NCBI GenBank assembly: GCA_038087875.1
Contig: JAXLNO010000385.1
Location: 372,001-436,000 of the forward strand
Length of the DNA: 64,000 nucleotides
Direction: 5' to 3'
DNA from: Malacoraja senta
Lineage: Eukaryota
A program made the position numbers and the translations under genes. This document shows positions 27,716 through 44,624 of the stretch, piece after piece. How positions within the stretch are numbered: position 1 is the first letter of the stretch; each line of letters begins with the position of its first letter. The notes below the pieces were generated by a model. The model was given only the letters and a program-made list of their open reading frames with translations. It made no database searches and was not told the DNA's origin.

Positions 27716-30700
27716 ACCATATAACCATATAACCATATAACAATTACAGCATGGAAACAGGCCATCTCGGCCCTTCAAGTCCATGCCGAACACTTTTTCT
27801 CCCCTAGTCCCATCTACCTGCACTCAGACCATAACCCTCCATTCCTTTCTCATCCATATACCCATCCAATCTATTTTTAAATGATAAAATCGAACCTGCC
27901 TCCACCACCTCCACTGGAAGCTCATTCCACACAGCTACCACTCTCTGAGTAAAGAAGTTCCCCCTAATGTTACCCCTAAACTTCTGTCCCTTAATTGTCA
28001 AGTCATGTCCTCTTGTTTGAATCTTCATTACTCTCAATGGGAAAAGCTTATCCACGTCAACTCTGTCTATCCCACTCATCATTTTAAAGACCTCTCTCAA
28101 GTCCCCCCTTAAACTTCTGCGCTCCAAAGAATAAAGACCTAACTTGTTCAGCCTTTCTCTGTAATTTAGTTGCTGAAACCCAGGCAACATTCTTATAAAT
28201 CTCCTCTGTACTCTCTCTATTTTGTTGACTTCCTTCCTATAATTAGGAGACCAAAATTGTACTCCATAATCCAGAATTGACCTCACCAATGCCTTGCACA
28301 ATTTTAACATTACATCCCAACTTCTATACTCAATGCTCTGATTTATAAAGGCCAGCACACCAAAAGCTTTCTTTACCACCCTATCAACATGAGATTCCAC
28401 CTTCAGCGAACTATGCACAGTAATTCCTAGATCCCTCTGTTCAACTGCATTCCTCAATTCGCTACCCTTTACCATGTACGTCTTATTTTGATTTGTCCTG
28501 CCAAGATGTAGCACCTCACATTTATCAGCATTAAACTCCATCTGCCATCTTTCAGCCCACTCTTCCAAATGGCCTAAATCTCTCTAGACTTTGAAAATCT
28601 ACGTCATTATTCACAACACCACCTATCTTAGTATCAGCTGCATACTTACTAGTCCAATTTTCCACACCATCATCCAGATCATTGATGTACATGAGAAACA
28701 ACAGTGGACCCATCACAGACCCCTGAGGCACCCCACTAGTCACCGGCTCCAACCTGACAAACAGCCATCCACCATTACTCTCTGGCATCTCCCATTCAGC
28801 CACTGTTGAATCCATCTTGCTACTCTACCATTAATACCCAACAATTTAATCTTCTTAACCAACCTTCCATGAGGAACCTTGTCAAAGGCCTTACTGAAGT
28901 CCATATAGACAACATCCACTGCTTTACCCTCATCTATTTCCCTAGTAACCTCTTCGAAAATTTCTAGAAGATTAGTCAAACATGACCTTCCAGGCACAAA
29001 TCCATGTTGACTGTTCCTAATCAGACCCTGCTTATCCAGATGCTTATATATATTATCTCTAAGTATCCTTTCCATTAATTTGCCCACCACTGATGTCAAA
29101 CTAACAGGTTTATAATTGCTAGGTTTACTCTTAGAACCCTTTTTAAACAACGGAACAACATGTGCAGGACGCCAATCCTCCCGCACTATTCCCGTTTCTA
29201 AAGACATTTGAAATATTTCTGTCATAGCCCCTGCTATTTCCACACTAACTTCCCTCAATGTCCTAGGGAATATCCTGCCAGGACCTGGAGACTTATCCGT
29301 TTTCATATTTTTAAAAATGTCCGCACCTCCTCTTCTTTGAATCTCATAGTTTCCATTGCTACTCTGCTTGTTTCCCTTACCGCACATAATTCCATATCCT
29401 TCTCCTTGGTGAATACCGAAGAAAATAAATTGTTCAATATCTCCCCCATCTCTTTTGGCTCTGCAGATAGCTGTCCACTCTGACTCTCTAATGGACCAAT
29501 TTTATTCCTTGTTATCCTTTTGCTATTAATATAGCTGTAGAAACCCTTTGGATTTACTTTCACCTTACTTGCAAAAGCAACCTCATATCTTACTTTAGCT
29601 TTTCTAATTTCTTTCTTAATATTCATTTTACATTCTTTATACTCCTCAAGCACCTCATTTACTCCATGCTGCCTATAATTATTGTAGATCTCTCTCTTAT
29701 TCCAAACCAAGTGTCCAATTTCCCGTGAAAACCATGGCTCTTTCCAATTTTTACTATTTCCTTTCAACCGAACAGGGACATAAAGATTCTGTACTCTTAA
29801 AATTTCACCTTTAAATGCCCTCCATTTCTCTTCTACATCCTCCCATAAAACAACATGTCCCAATTCACTCATTTAAAATCCTTTCGCATCTCCTCAATGT
29901 TAGCCTTTCTCCAATCAAAAATCTCAACCCGAGGTCCAGTTCTGACCCTCTCCATAATTATATTGAAACTAATGGTATTGTGATCACTGGACCCGAAGTG
30001 CTCCCCGACGCATACATGCCTTGTCTCATTTTCTAACAGGAGGCCCAGCACTGCCCCTTCTCTAGTAGGTACCTCTATGTATTGCTGCAAAAAACTATCC
30101 TGCACACATTTTACGAACTCCAAACCATCCATCCCTTTTACAGAATGTGTTTCCCAGTCTATGTGTGGAAAATTTAAATCTCCCACAATCACTACCTTTT
30201 GCTTACTACTAATATCTGCTATCTCCTTACATATTTGCACTTCCAATTCTCGCTCCCCATTTGGCGGTCTCTAATACACCCCTATAAATGTTGCTACACG
30301 TTTACCATTTCTTAATTCCACCCAAATAGCCTCCCTAGACGGGCCCTCTAATCTATCCTGCCTAAGCACTGCTGTAATATCGTCCTTGACAAGCAATGCA
30401 ACACCCCCACCTCTTGCCCCTCCAATTCTATCACCCCTGAAGCAACGAAATCCTGGAATATTTAGTTTCCAATCACAGCCCTCCTGCAACCATGTTTCAC
30501 TGATCGCCACAACATCATACTTCCAGGTGTCAATCCAGGCTCGAAGCTCATCCACCTTTCTTACAATGCTCCTAGCATTAAAATATACACATTTAAGAAA
30601 CCCAGCACCACTTATTCTCAGTTTATTATCTTTTTCTTCTTTCTCCCCTACATTTTGGGTCCGAGTGCTTCCCTTCTCTGCCTCCTGCCTCCCACATTTT

Positions 30701-30867
30701 CTACTAGCTTTCTCTATTTGGGTCCCTCCCCCCAACCGTTCTAGTTTAAAGTCTCACCAGTAGCCTTTGCAAATCTCCCCGCCAGGATATTGGTTCCCCT
30801 CGGGTTCACGTGCAACCCGTCCTTTCTGTACAGGTCACACCTTCCCCGAAAGAGGTCCCAATGATCC
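27716..30867 (-). mobile_element. Mirror CR1 LINE
   Basis: ORF fragments 27804-30735, with a partly different set of frameshifts from the left copy. Confidence 0.95.
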
Positions 30868-31248
30868 TTTATTCAATTCCAATTTGTGGTGATAATCCAT
30901 AGATGTCGAGTGAATCAAGGAAAGCTGTTGGGAAGCATTAGTTCCCTCAGTGACACCATTGATTGAAAAGTTATCCTTATTAATTCCAGGGAAGCATCTG
31001 ATACATGGAGAATTACTTCTCATCGTATCGTTGTGCGGAACCAAGATACAATTGTCGGAGAATAATTCTACAGGATTGTCAATTGCGGGATAGATGAAAT
31101 CAATACAATGTTTTTGCTGATAGAACCATGTCTTCTGGCATTACAATTTCATCGTCTTCATTCTTTCAAATCTCGTCTTCTCCAACTTTCAACACAAATA
31201 AGAATAGTCGCCTTTTCCCTCTCTCAATCGCATATTCGGCTGCAATTG
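30860..31248 (-). mobile_element. Mirror Helitron helicase remnant
   Basis: Reverse complement of 10590-10978. Confidence 0.8.
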
Positions 31249-33187
31249 AAACTATGTAGCGCTGCCAGGCGGGGGCCGGTGGGGGTGGAGTGGAGAAAGT
31301 GTCCTGCAGCTGGGGACGGGTACGGCTTCAGGCGGGGACTGTTGGGAGCGTCCTGTCACTGGAGGAAGGGGACAGCTTCAGTTGTGGGGCAGCGGGAGCG
31401 TCCTGTAACCGGGGACGAGGACGGCTTCAGTCCGGGGCTCTCAGAGACCGGTTGGGGGGGTGCGAGCAACCTGCAGCCGGGGGATTGGGACGGCTTCAGG
31501 ACGGGGCTAACGGGGGAGCGTCGAACAGCTGGGGGAGTGGCACGGCTTCAGGCGGCGGCTGTCTGGGGCAGTTGGGTGGGGGTAGGGCTTCAGACGGGGG
31601 CTGTCGGAGCCGGTGGCGGAGAGGGGAACATCCGGCAGCCGGGAGGGAGGGGACAGCTTCAGGCGGGGGCTGTCGTGGCCGGTTGGGGGGAGGATCTTGC
31701 AGCAGGGGGACGGGGACGGCTTCAGGCGGGGATTGTCGCGGCCGGCTGGCGGGGGGGGTCTTGAAGCAGGGGGACAGGGACAGCTTCAGGCGGGGGTTGT
31801 CTGGGGCCAGTGGGGGGGGCGAGCATCCTGCAGCTGGGGGAGGGGGACAGCTTCAGGTGGGAGCGTTCGGGGGCCAGGGTCAGCTTCCTACAGCCGGCGA
31901 GGGGAGCAGCTTCAGGCGGAGGCTGTCGGGGCCGGTGGTGGTGTTGGGGCAAGCGACCCGCAGTCGGGGGATGAGGGCTGGATGGGGCGCCTGCATCAGG
32001 GGATGGGGACGGCTTCAGGAGGGGGCTGTCGGCGGCGAGGTGGAGCGTCCTACAGCCGTGGGTGGGGAACGGCTTCAGGCGGCGGCTGGCAGTTGAGGGG
32101 GGTGCAGCGACATATACCCGGGGAGGGGGACGGCTTCATGCAGGGGCTGTCGGTGGACAGTGGGGGGGGGATCGTCCTGCCGCCGGGTGAGGGGAATGGC
32201 TTCAGGCGGGGGACAGAGTGGGCGGGGGTTCTGGAGGGCCGGTATAGGTGTTGTGGGTAGAAGGGACTGGTTTCCGGAGGGCTAGTACAGGTATTGTGGG
32301 CCGAATGGACTTTTCTTGGGCTAGTCCTGCAGCTGGGGACGGGGAGGGCGACGGTTTCAGGTGGGGGCCGGGGGGGGGGGGCGGCGCTACCGTGGCCTAC
32401 GTTTGGGGAGGGGTGTGTGCTAGGGGAGCGGAGTGCGTGGATGTGTGTGCGGTGGCGCTGTGCCACGGCCAGCGCCCGGCCCCCGCCAGCGCCCGGCTCC
32501 CTCAATCCCCCCCCACACTCACTCCTTACTTCCGCAGGATCTGGAGGTTGCAGCAGTCGGCCAGGCTCCGGACCGCTCCCCACTCCGGGCCTCCTCCGGG
32601 GTTCCTCGTCTCGGGGCGGCTCCTAGGCTCCCCAGCGGCTGCGGGGCTCACCGGCTTCGGGACGGCTCCGGCCTCACCGGCTACGGGACGGCTTCGGGAC
32701 GGCTTTGGGGCGGCTTCGGGGCTCACCGGCTTCGGGACGGCTCCGGCCTCACCGACTTCGGGGCGGCTTCGGGACGGCTTCGGGGCTCACCGGCTTCGGG
32801 ACGTCTTCGGGGCGGGATGGCATCGCGGCGGGACGGATTCAGGACGACCGCGGGGCTCAGGGCCGCGGGGCTCCGTTGCTTTATTCTCCTCGCCCCGGTG
32901 ATTGACAGCGGGTGCCGGAAGGGGCGTGGTCGTCCCGGCGTATGACAGGAGAGAAGACCAATCTGCTGATATTACAATTGTTAAACCTCCGCAACTTTTG
33001 TAATATTCCACCGATCGGAAGTAACCTTAGTGCGCTTGTAGCACAGGGGAACGGCGAGTAAGGCGGGGGGGGGGGGGGTCGTAGCGTTATCGGGGACCGT
33101 CTTTGCGCAAATGTAAATAAAGCGCAATCCGGTAGAGGACAAGATGAGTTTTAGTTAAGTATCGAAGATAAATAGAAGATAGGTTAC

Positions 33188-34963
<1,776 letters not shown>

Positions 34964-37445
34964 CCACGGCCGCCCTCCGCCCCGTCTCCCCCTGTGCGGC
35001 CGCACTGTCACGGGCAGTGGGTCGGCAGCGCCCACACACACGGGGCCGGGTGGACATGGCCGCGGCTCTGGGCAGCGGACACACGGGGACGAAAACTCTG
35101 CATCGTCCCCGTCAGCTGCAGCAGAGTTGGGGACAGTCTGGTCCCTCCGCCCACCCAGAGTCACTGACCTACCTCCCCCACCGACCACCCCCGACCACCT
35201 GCAACATCCCCGTCTGCTGCAGCAGAGTTGGGGACAGTCTGGTCCCTCGTCCTGCTAGAGTCACTGACCGCGCTGCACCGGCACCGGACCCCGACAACCC
35301 CCCCTCCCCCGAACACCCCAGACCCCCAGCCGCGGGGATAGACGGCCCGGGGTACGTGAGTGTGGAACCAGTCAGCGTGGAGTCCGAATGCTGGGACAGA
35401 ATAACGGGCCCGTTGCACTGGAAGCCGTGGTAAGCGCTTACCCGACGTTCACCGCATGTACTCCAGTTGGCTTTGCGTGGCAACAGTATAGGTCAAGGGT
35501 CGTGATCCCGACTGCCGTGCAACCTCCCTATAGATTGGTCAGAGTAGGTGAATCGAGGACCAAGTCAAGTCAAGTCAAGTCAAGTTTATTCGTCACATAT
35601 ACATACGAGATGTGCAGTGACATGGAAAGTGGCAATGCTCGCGGATTGTGCAAAAACAACAAAACAGAATGGACAGAATCACATATTCACATATTACATA
35701 TTTGTGGGAGGAAAAAAAGAAAAAACAGAAATTTTTAAAAAGACACCACACAACAGTAAAATGGTTCAGTAAAGTTAGTCCCTGGTGAGATAGGAGTTTA
35801 CAGTCCTAATGGCCTCTGGGAAGAAACTCCTTCTCATCCTCTCCGTTCTCACAGCATGGCAACGGAGGCGTTTGCCTGACCAGACGACGTTGATGCAAGG
35901 TGAAGGACAAAAAGAGTTAATAGGAATCTAGGAGTAACGTTTCCACACAGAGGGTGGTGGGTGTATGGAACTAGGTGCCAGAGGAGATAGTTAAGGTTGG
36001 GACTATCACAACGTTTAAGAAACAGCTACAAGGTTACACCGATAGGACGGGGTTGGAGAGCGATGGACCAGACCCCAGGGACTAGTGCAACTGGGACACG
36101 TTGGTCGGTTTGGACGTTGGGCCGAAGGACCTGTTTCCACGCTGTATCACACCAAGGGCGGCACATTGGTTGCACTACAGCTACAAAACGCCAGAGACCA
36201 TGGTTCTATCCTGGCGTCGTCTGCTGTCTGTGTGTAAGTGTGCACATTCGCCCTGTTACCGCGTGCGTTTCCTCCGAGTGGCCGAAGATCCTCTTTCCCA
36301 CGCTGTATCTAACTTAACCCAAATCACACTGAAATTACACATGTCATGTCTCACAGCGTGCTCGGGGGGGAGGGAGGGGGTGGAGGAGGGGGAGGGGGTG
36401 GCAGATTACGGAGGGAAGCCATCATTGAGCGAAACATAGCACACGGTCAAACTGTGCACCTATTTTCTGTGCACAGTCCGACTGAGCAAAGGAGACAGAA
36501 ATTTCTTATAGAAACAAATAAAATTATAAAAGGACTTGACAAGCTAGATGCAGGAAAAAAAATGTTCCCAATGTTGGGCGAGTCCAGATCCAGGGGCCAC
36601 ATTCTGAGTATAAAGGGGAAGTCATTTAAGACTGAGGTGAGAAAAACTTTTTCACCCAGAAAGTTGTGAATTTGTGGATTCCCTGCCACAGAGGGCAGTG
36701 GAGGCCAAATCTCTGGATGGATTTAAGAGAGTGTTAGATAGAGCTCTAGGGGCTAGTGGTATCAAGGGATATGGGGGGAAGGCAGGCACGGGTTAGTGAT
36801 TGGGACGATCAGCCATGATCACAATGAATGGCGGTGCAGGCTCGAAGGGCCGAATGTCCTCCTCCTGCACCTATTGTCCATGTTTCTATGCTTCTATGAT
36901 ATTTCAGCATCTGTTTTGCAATATCAGTGATTTCATGGTATGAATGATGATTTATTTTGGGGATAAAAAACTAAACTGGATTGGTAGATGGTTCACAGGA
37001 GATGTCCATCGAAATCACACCAACGTTAAATGAAATAAGACAGTGTCATGGACCATTCTTTCATTGCAAAGCATACATTCTTGTTTTCAGTGAAAAATAG
37101 ACAAAGTGCCGGTGTAAGATGGTCAGGCAACATTTTTGGAGAACGTGTATAGGTGACGTTTCGGATAGTGACCATTCTTTAGACTCTGTTTTCAACGACT
37201 CGCTTCGTGGGTTTTTTTAACTCGATCCTTAAATTATTCGCTTGTCATCTCCCATGGTGGAGTTAATGGCTGTGGCGCTAGGTGTTTGTTCCGTGAGTGT
37301 CACTAATATCAATCAGCAGCTATGAGGTCATGTCGCTGGAGACCTATCGCTCTATATATCTCGGTGCCCACCAGAAGGGTATCGCCACAGAGCTACAGCG
37401 ATGACGGACTGACGGGGCCACAGGAGTTAATTGTGTCTTCCAGCT

Positions 37446-39274
37446 ATGGGATATCCATTGATCTATCGAATTCGAGATATATATAACCCCACAATAGCGG
37501 CTGTCGCTGTTTTCGGTAATTTGGTTTGTCTCTGACATCCTCGCCATCGTACCACAGTCAGTACTGCCTCATGGGCGGAAATTCCAGGGAGGGACGCGAG
37601 CACCGCCCGCCCCCCGGTGCTTTGAGAGGTGGGGGACAATCCCACCTATGTTTTGTAATCCGGAATTTATCAGACGCTTTCTAAGGGCCGAACCGGCCAG
37701 TTCGCGGTTGCTTTCATCGCCCAGCGCGGCTTCAAACAACCTGCTGCATCCAGGCGATCGAGGCTCCCCATGTTGAAGCCCCCGCCGGCCGATGAAAGGT
37801 CCCGCGAATGGGCCGAATCAAGCCCAACATTCGGGGCGGACGAAGCTGCTGTTGCTGGAGTCGGTCACCAACCAGGTCAGCTTCCGATGTTACCGCCCCC
37901 CCCTCCCTGTTTTTGATAGCGATTTCCGTGCCTGACTGCCGGTGTCACACAGTTCCGGAGACGCAGGTTCAATCTTCACCCTCCCGTGCTTTATGAGCAA
38001 TGTTTCATCGTTCGTCCTCCGACTCCACGCTAATCTCGGCTGTGCGCATGTTTCCTCCCACATGCAATTGACATGCCTATTAATGGTTTCTGTAACTACT
38101 GTCCATGGGACAGTGTAGATGGATGCTACAATCTGGAGACAGTTCAGAAGAATATGGGCAGTATCAAAGGTGTGAACGTAATATACATTGGTGTTTGATG
38201 AGGTGCGTGGACACCGTGGTCCAAAGGCTATAGTCTCTGAACGTGGTCTGGGATAAAGGTCATTTGGTCAACCAAATTTGAAGTTTGAAAACATTCCAAT
38301 CAGACAATGTCCCTCAGATACATTTGTGCGGGCCTTATGTCAGTAATATCTCTTCTCTCTCTTACAGTGAACTTGTTGGCGATTGTGATTCTCTGTCGAG
38401 GTAAATGCGGTCTGTCCAAATGCATCACTCTCTACCTGGTGGCCATGGCAGCGTCTGATCTCCTGGTCGGCATCACCGATCCGTTTCTCAGTCAGACTAT
38501 TCTATTTTACTTCCCGTATTCTTTGCTGAACATTACCTCCCGTGTGCACGACTATCTATTTCCTGGTCTTTGCATCCACCGCGGTCTCTGTCTGGCTGAC
38601 GGTCGCCTTCACCTTCGATCGGTTTGTGGCTATTTGTTGTGAGAAGCTGAAAACAAGATATTGCACTGAGAGAACGGCGGCTGTGATTATCGGGGCAGTG
38701 AGTGTGCTGGGCTGTTTAGAGAACGTCCCCCGGTGTTTTACGATAGTACCTGGCTACGTGTTTGATAATCTTCCCAGGGGTTGCTACTACAAACCCACCT
38801 TCTATACGTCGTCTGCATGGATCGCATAATGATGTCACACACCGCGTTCTAACCCCTTGTATCCCGTTCTTTCTGATCCTTCTGCTCAATGTGCTGACGG
38901 TCAGGCGGATTGTAGCGGCCAGCAGAGTCCGCAGGGGGCTCCGGGGAAAAAGCAACGGAGAGAATGACAAGGACCCGGAGATGGAGAACCGCAGGAAATC
39001 CATCGTTTTACTCTTCAGTATCACGGCCACTTTCGTCCTGCTGTGGGCAACACAGGCCATATTTGTCATCTTTACGGGTATTGCGAAGGTGCGCGTTGAC
39101 TACAACCCCACCGGTTATTACTATATCACTTGGGTCACGTCGGGGTTCTTACAGCTGCTCAGTACCTGCACCAACACGTGTATTTACGTGGTGACCCAGA
39201 GTAAATTCAGGGCTGAGCTGATCAACGCGGTTAAATTCCCAGTGAGTGCAATTCGTGCACTTGTCCGTCCGTGA
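37446..39274 (+). pseudogene. Second copy of the GPR139/142-like GPCR (exons 37446-37515 and 38368-39274) with two +1 frameshifts
   Basis: Extra C near 38537 (cattacctccc versus cattactccc) and extra A near 38829 (gcataatgat versus gcatatgat). These could be real lesions or consensus errors. Confidence 0.75.
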
Positions 39275-40582
39275 CCCTCTGATCCACGCCGATAGTTCAA
39301 CATACATTTGCTCCCATCAATGTTTGTCCTCCCAATATTCCCATCCAACTGCTCAGAATCTCCACTACGCACATACTCACACAGAACAGCTTGCAATGGC
39401 CATTTGAATCATCACTCGTAGAAGTTATAGAATCATACATCACTGAATCTGTCACTTTGGCTCAATTCGTCTCTGCTAACCGAGATGCGCCGTCAACGCG
39501 AGACCGATTTCCCCGCGATTCCCCGACATTCATTTTAACCTTTCCTATAAATGCACCCGTTCAATCACTCTAACGGGCTTGCCCCCTCCTGTATCAAAAA
39601 TCTTCTAACCCACCATTCTACCTCCAGGTCCCTCAGGTCGGCCGACTTGGGGCTACTGACTATCTCGTGGTCTAGGTTTAAGCTCAGGGGTGACCGCGCT
39701 TTTGCGGTTGCTGCCCCTAGACTTTGGAACAGCATCCCTCTCCTCATCAGAACTACCCCCGCCATCGACTTCTTTAAATCGAGGCTCAAAACCAATTTCT
39801 ACCCAATCGCGTTTTTGTGGCCCTCTAAGGGAGCGCTGTAAACAGTTTGTGTATGTATTGTTAGCTCTGTGTACCATTGTATGTAGCACATTAGTATCTG
39901 CTCTGGTCTACAGCACTTTGGTCAACGTGAGATGATTTTAAATGTGCGATACAAATAAAATTGACTGACCGACTGACTGACTGGTCTTTTAAATATCACG
40001 ACTGTTTCACTCCAGCACGTCTGCAGGATGCGGGACTTAACCTGAGAAGCGGGGGGAATCCACGCCGTCAGTGGGATAACATGATCCGATAAGATAATCC
40101 TTAAATTAATCTAGTGTGGATAAGAGCTAATTACAAGCGCATCATCTGGACCAATTTTTTTGGGAATTTCGTTTTGAATGGGAAGTCGCGAAAGAATGTA
40201 AAACCGGATAGTGTTCTGTACCTTAGTGATATTCTGATCTGCTGAGTGTCATTGGCTCGCAGGCAACACAACAGGGCAAGAACCAGAAGCTCAAAGTAAA
40301 TAGCCGTGTGCACCGTCATTTGAAAGATCACCGTCGAAATTGACAGACACTGTTTTGGGCTTGTCTCCGCTTTCTTCTTATCGAGTCCACACACAAGATT
40401 AGAAGTCGTTCAGCCAGAGCTGAACACACTTCTCGGCATCTGCACAATGGTGTCTGTCTTGTCGCTTCTTGTGCTTCTTGTGCGTGGTGGTGGAAATATT
40501 GCTGGAAACAGGGGCCGTGATGTGACGCTCTTTCCTTGAGCCCTTGTCTCCGCCAAGAGAGAGCGACAGGAGAAGCATGACT

Positions 40583-41239
40583 CCCCTGTCCCACTGTACG
40601 AGGTAATTGAAGAGTTCTCCCGGGTTTTCCCCTGATTCGAACTCGGAGAATGTCCGTAGCGGGTCCGTAGGAGTTTCGTGGATGTCTCGTAGCGGCTCGT
40701 TATGCTAACGGTAGGTTCTCTGGAAATCCGGTAAACTCGTGACGTTTTTCAACACTGTGGAAAATGTCCACGAGAAAAAAAAATACTCGTACGAGCCGCT
40801 ACGAGACATCCACGAACTCCTACCGACCCGATGCGGGCATTCTCCGAGTTCGAATCAGGGGAAAACTCGGGAGAACTCTTCAATTACCTCGTACATAGAC
40901 TTATCTCCACCCATCTTTTTCTGCCCTGTTCCCCCTTTCTTCCTGTCCCACTGTACGAGCTAATTCAAGAGTTCTCCCCAGTTTCCCCTGATTCGAACTC
41001 GGAGAATTACGGTAATAGCCGCTCCTAGGTACTCGGGGCTCTCGTGGACATTTTTCAATTTGTTGAAAAATCTTCACGAGCTGTCCGCGTTTCCGAGTAC
41101 CTGCCGTTATCGGTACGAGCCGCTGAGAGACGTCCCGAGCTCCGACGTACCCGCTTCGTACATTCAACGTGCTTATCACGGGTTTGATTTTTTTTCTCAC
41201 GCGGGAGAGCTCTTAAATTACCTCGTACAGTGGGACAGG
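40583..41239. mobile_element. Mirror copies of the two Harbinger-like MITEs
   Basis: Reverse complement of 160-817. Confidence 0.7.
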
Positions 41240-41669
41240 CACCGGCACACTTCGCGCTATGGACATACTTTCTGTCATTATTTGACGGCTGCATTTCTCA
41301 TCATATCTGACTACGTTAGATTTGCCGCAGATGATCTGAAGCCGGCGTAAACAATGCGTGGAAAACACAAATTGATGGAGCAAATCTGCGAGTCGAGCAG
41401 AAACTGTGCAGGGAATGGACAGACGCGTTTTGTATCGGAACCACGAAGATATGGGGAATAGCCCATCGAGAAACAACGCCTGTCTATCCGCATCACAAAT
41501 TCTGTCTGACCCATTGAGTACTGAACTGCCCCCCGCTGCAGGATGCAAAAGGATTTGGAGAGGGCGTTGAAATGTTAGCATGTTGGTGAAAATGCAAAGG
41601 CTGGATGGAAGAGGGCAAAGTTCAATTGAGATGTGTGGGGCATGTTTCTATATGTCGAGGTTGACCGAT

Positions 41670-41947
41670 GCCTGAATCTTTTAAGAACGGAGACGAGGAA
41701 ACACTTTTTCTCACAGAGAGTGGTGTCTGTGAAATTCTCTGCCTCAGAGGGCGGTGGAGGCGGGTTCTCTGGAATCTTTCAAGAGAGAGCTAGATAGGGC
41801 TCTTAAAAATGCGGAGTCAGGGGATATGGGGAGAAGGCAAGAACGGGGTACTGATTGGGGATGATCAGCCATGATCACTTTGAATGGCGGTTCTGGCTCG
41901 AAGGACCAAATGGCCTACTCCTGCAACTATGTTCTATTGTCTATTGA
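41670..41947 (+). mobile_element. CR1 3' fragment
   Basis: Contains ttttctcacagagagtggtg...gatcagccatgatcac...ggctcgaagg and ends ctattgtctattg. Confidence 0.8.
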
Positions 41948-42107
41948 AATGTTCTTCTCGTGTCGGTGTTGGAGGCTGTTGGTATCAATGGAGTTTATGA
42001 GGCATTTGTATGGGCATGTGGATATGCAAAAACCTGAGAGATCTCCATCAATTTCAGTAAGCAGATTACATTAATTTATCTTGACATCATGTTCGACCCA
42101 GACTTTG

Positions 42108-42808
<701 letters not shown>

Positions 42809-43221
42809 ATTTGTGGGTGTCAGATTTGGCATTTGATTCCTTGGTCCGCCAAAACCACACGCAGAAACTCCGAGATTTTTTCCATTTCGCTAGACATTAC
42901 ACTTTTACATACCCTAACACACTCCTCATTAAATTTGGTCGTTTTTATGTACACATTTTAAAATAAAATCCAGCCGCCCCCCCCAACCACAATTTGTTTA
43001 AATCCTGCTGGCCATCACTGATGTCCAATCACAATGGATCTCATTTACCTATGATATGACATCACAATGGTCAGGGCTAGGAGATTGGAACCTTCACACG
43101 AGCCCACTAAAATCAAACAGCTGCTGCATTGACTCACAGAGCCATCTCACAGATGTACAATCACAATGGATCCCACGAATGCAATCAACCTGGCGTGCAC
43201 AATCAAATATAGCAATTTGTC

Positions 43222-44390
43222 GTACCCACTCCCTATCTACCCCCTCCCTATCTACCCCTCCCTATCCTACCCCCTCCTATCTACCCCTCCCTATCTACCC
43301 CCTCCCTATCTACCCCTCCCTATCTACCCCCTCCCTATCTACCCGCATCCCTATCTACCCCCTCCCTATCTACCCCTCCCTATCTACCCCCTCCCTAACT
43401 ACCCCCTCCCTATCTAACCCCTCCCTATCTACCCCTCCCTATCTCCCCCTCCCTATCTCCCCCTCCCCTATCTACCCCCTCCCTATCTACCCCCTCCCTA
43501 TCTACCCCCTCCCTATCTACCCCCTCCCTATCTACCCCCTCCCTATCTACCGTCCTCCACTCCCCCTCCCTATCTACCCCCTCCCTATCTACCCCCTCCC
43601 TATCTACCCCCTCCCTATCTACCCCCTCCCTATCTACCGTCCTCCACTCCCCCTCCCTATCTACCCCCTCCCTATCTACCCGCATCCCTATCTAACCCCC
43701 TCCCTATCTACCCCTTCCCTATCTGCCCGCATCCCTATCTACCCCTCCCTATCTACCCACTCCCTATCTACCCCCTCCCTATCTGCCCGCATCCCTATCT
43801 ACCCCCCTCCCTATCTACCCCCTCCCTATCTACCCCCTCCCTCTCTACCGCCCTCCACTCCCCCTCCTCCTCCACCTCTACCCCTCCTATCCTCCCCCCC
43901 CTCTCCTCCACCCCCTCCTGTTCTACCCCACTCCACCTCTCCCCCTCCTCATCTCACTCCACTCCACCTCTTCCCTCCTCTTCTCTCCCCCCTCCAACTC
44001 CCCCTCTCCTCTCCCCTCCCAACCCCCTCACTCACCCCTCCTCTCTCTCCTCCCCTCCCTCCCCCTCTCCCCTGTACTCTCTCTCTCTCCCCTCTATTCT
44101 TCCTCTTCCCCTCCCTCCCTCCCGTGCATTTCCCCGTCTCCCGTTCTCTCTCCCCCCTTCTCCCTCCCCCTTCTCTCTCCCCCCTCCTCTCGCTCCCCCC
44201 TCCTCTCTCTCTCCCTACTCCCTCTCCCCCTCTTCTCTCTCCCTCTCCCTCTCCCCATCCAATCTCTCTCCACCTCCCCCCTCTCCCCCTCCCCTCTGCC
44301 CCCTCTCCCCCCCACCTCTACCACCCTCTCTCCTCCCTCCTTTCTCCCTCCCCTCCCCTCTCCCTTTTAGCCGCCTCCCCTCTACTCCCT
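43222..44390 (+). repeat. 15-bp minisatellite (CTACCCCCTCCCTAT)n grading into a degenerate C/T-rich tract
   Basis: Read directly. It produces the PIYPL periodic ORF. Confidence 0.95.
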
Positions 44391-44555
44391 AGGATGTGAT
44401 GCAACCAGATAGTATAGTTTCTATGGTGCATCTTTACAAGTTTCCAGAGCAATTGGAGACATGCAAAATGTCCCCAGACTCGACACGGAGTAAAGGCGTT
44501 GGTCTTTATCTAAAGGCGTTGGTCTTTATTTTATCTATCTATCTAGCTGTCTAGC

Positions 44556-44622
<67 letters not shown>

Positions 44623-44624
44623 CT

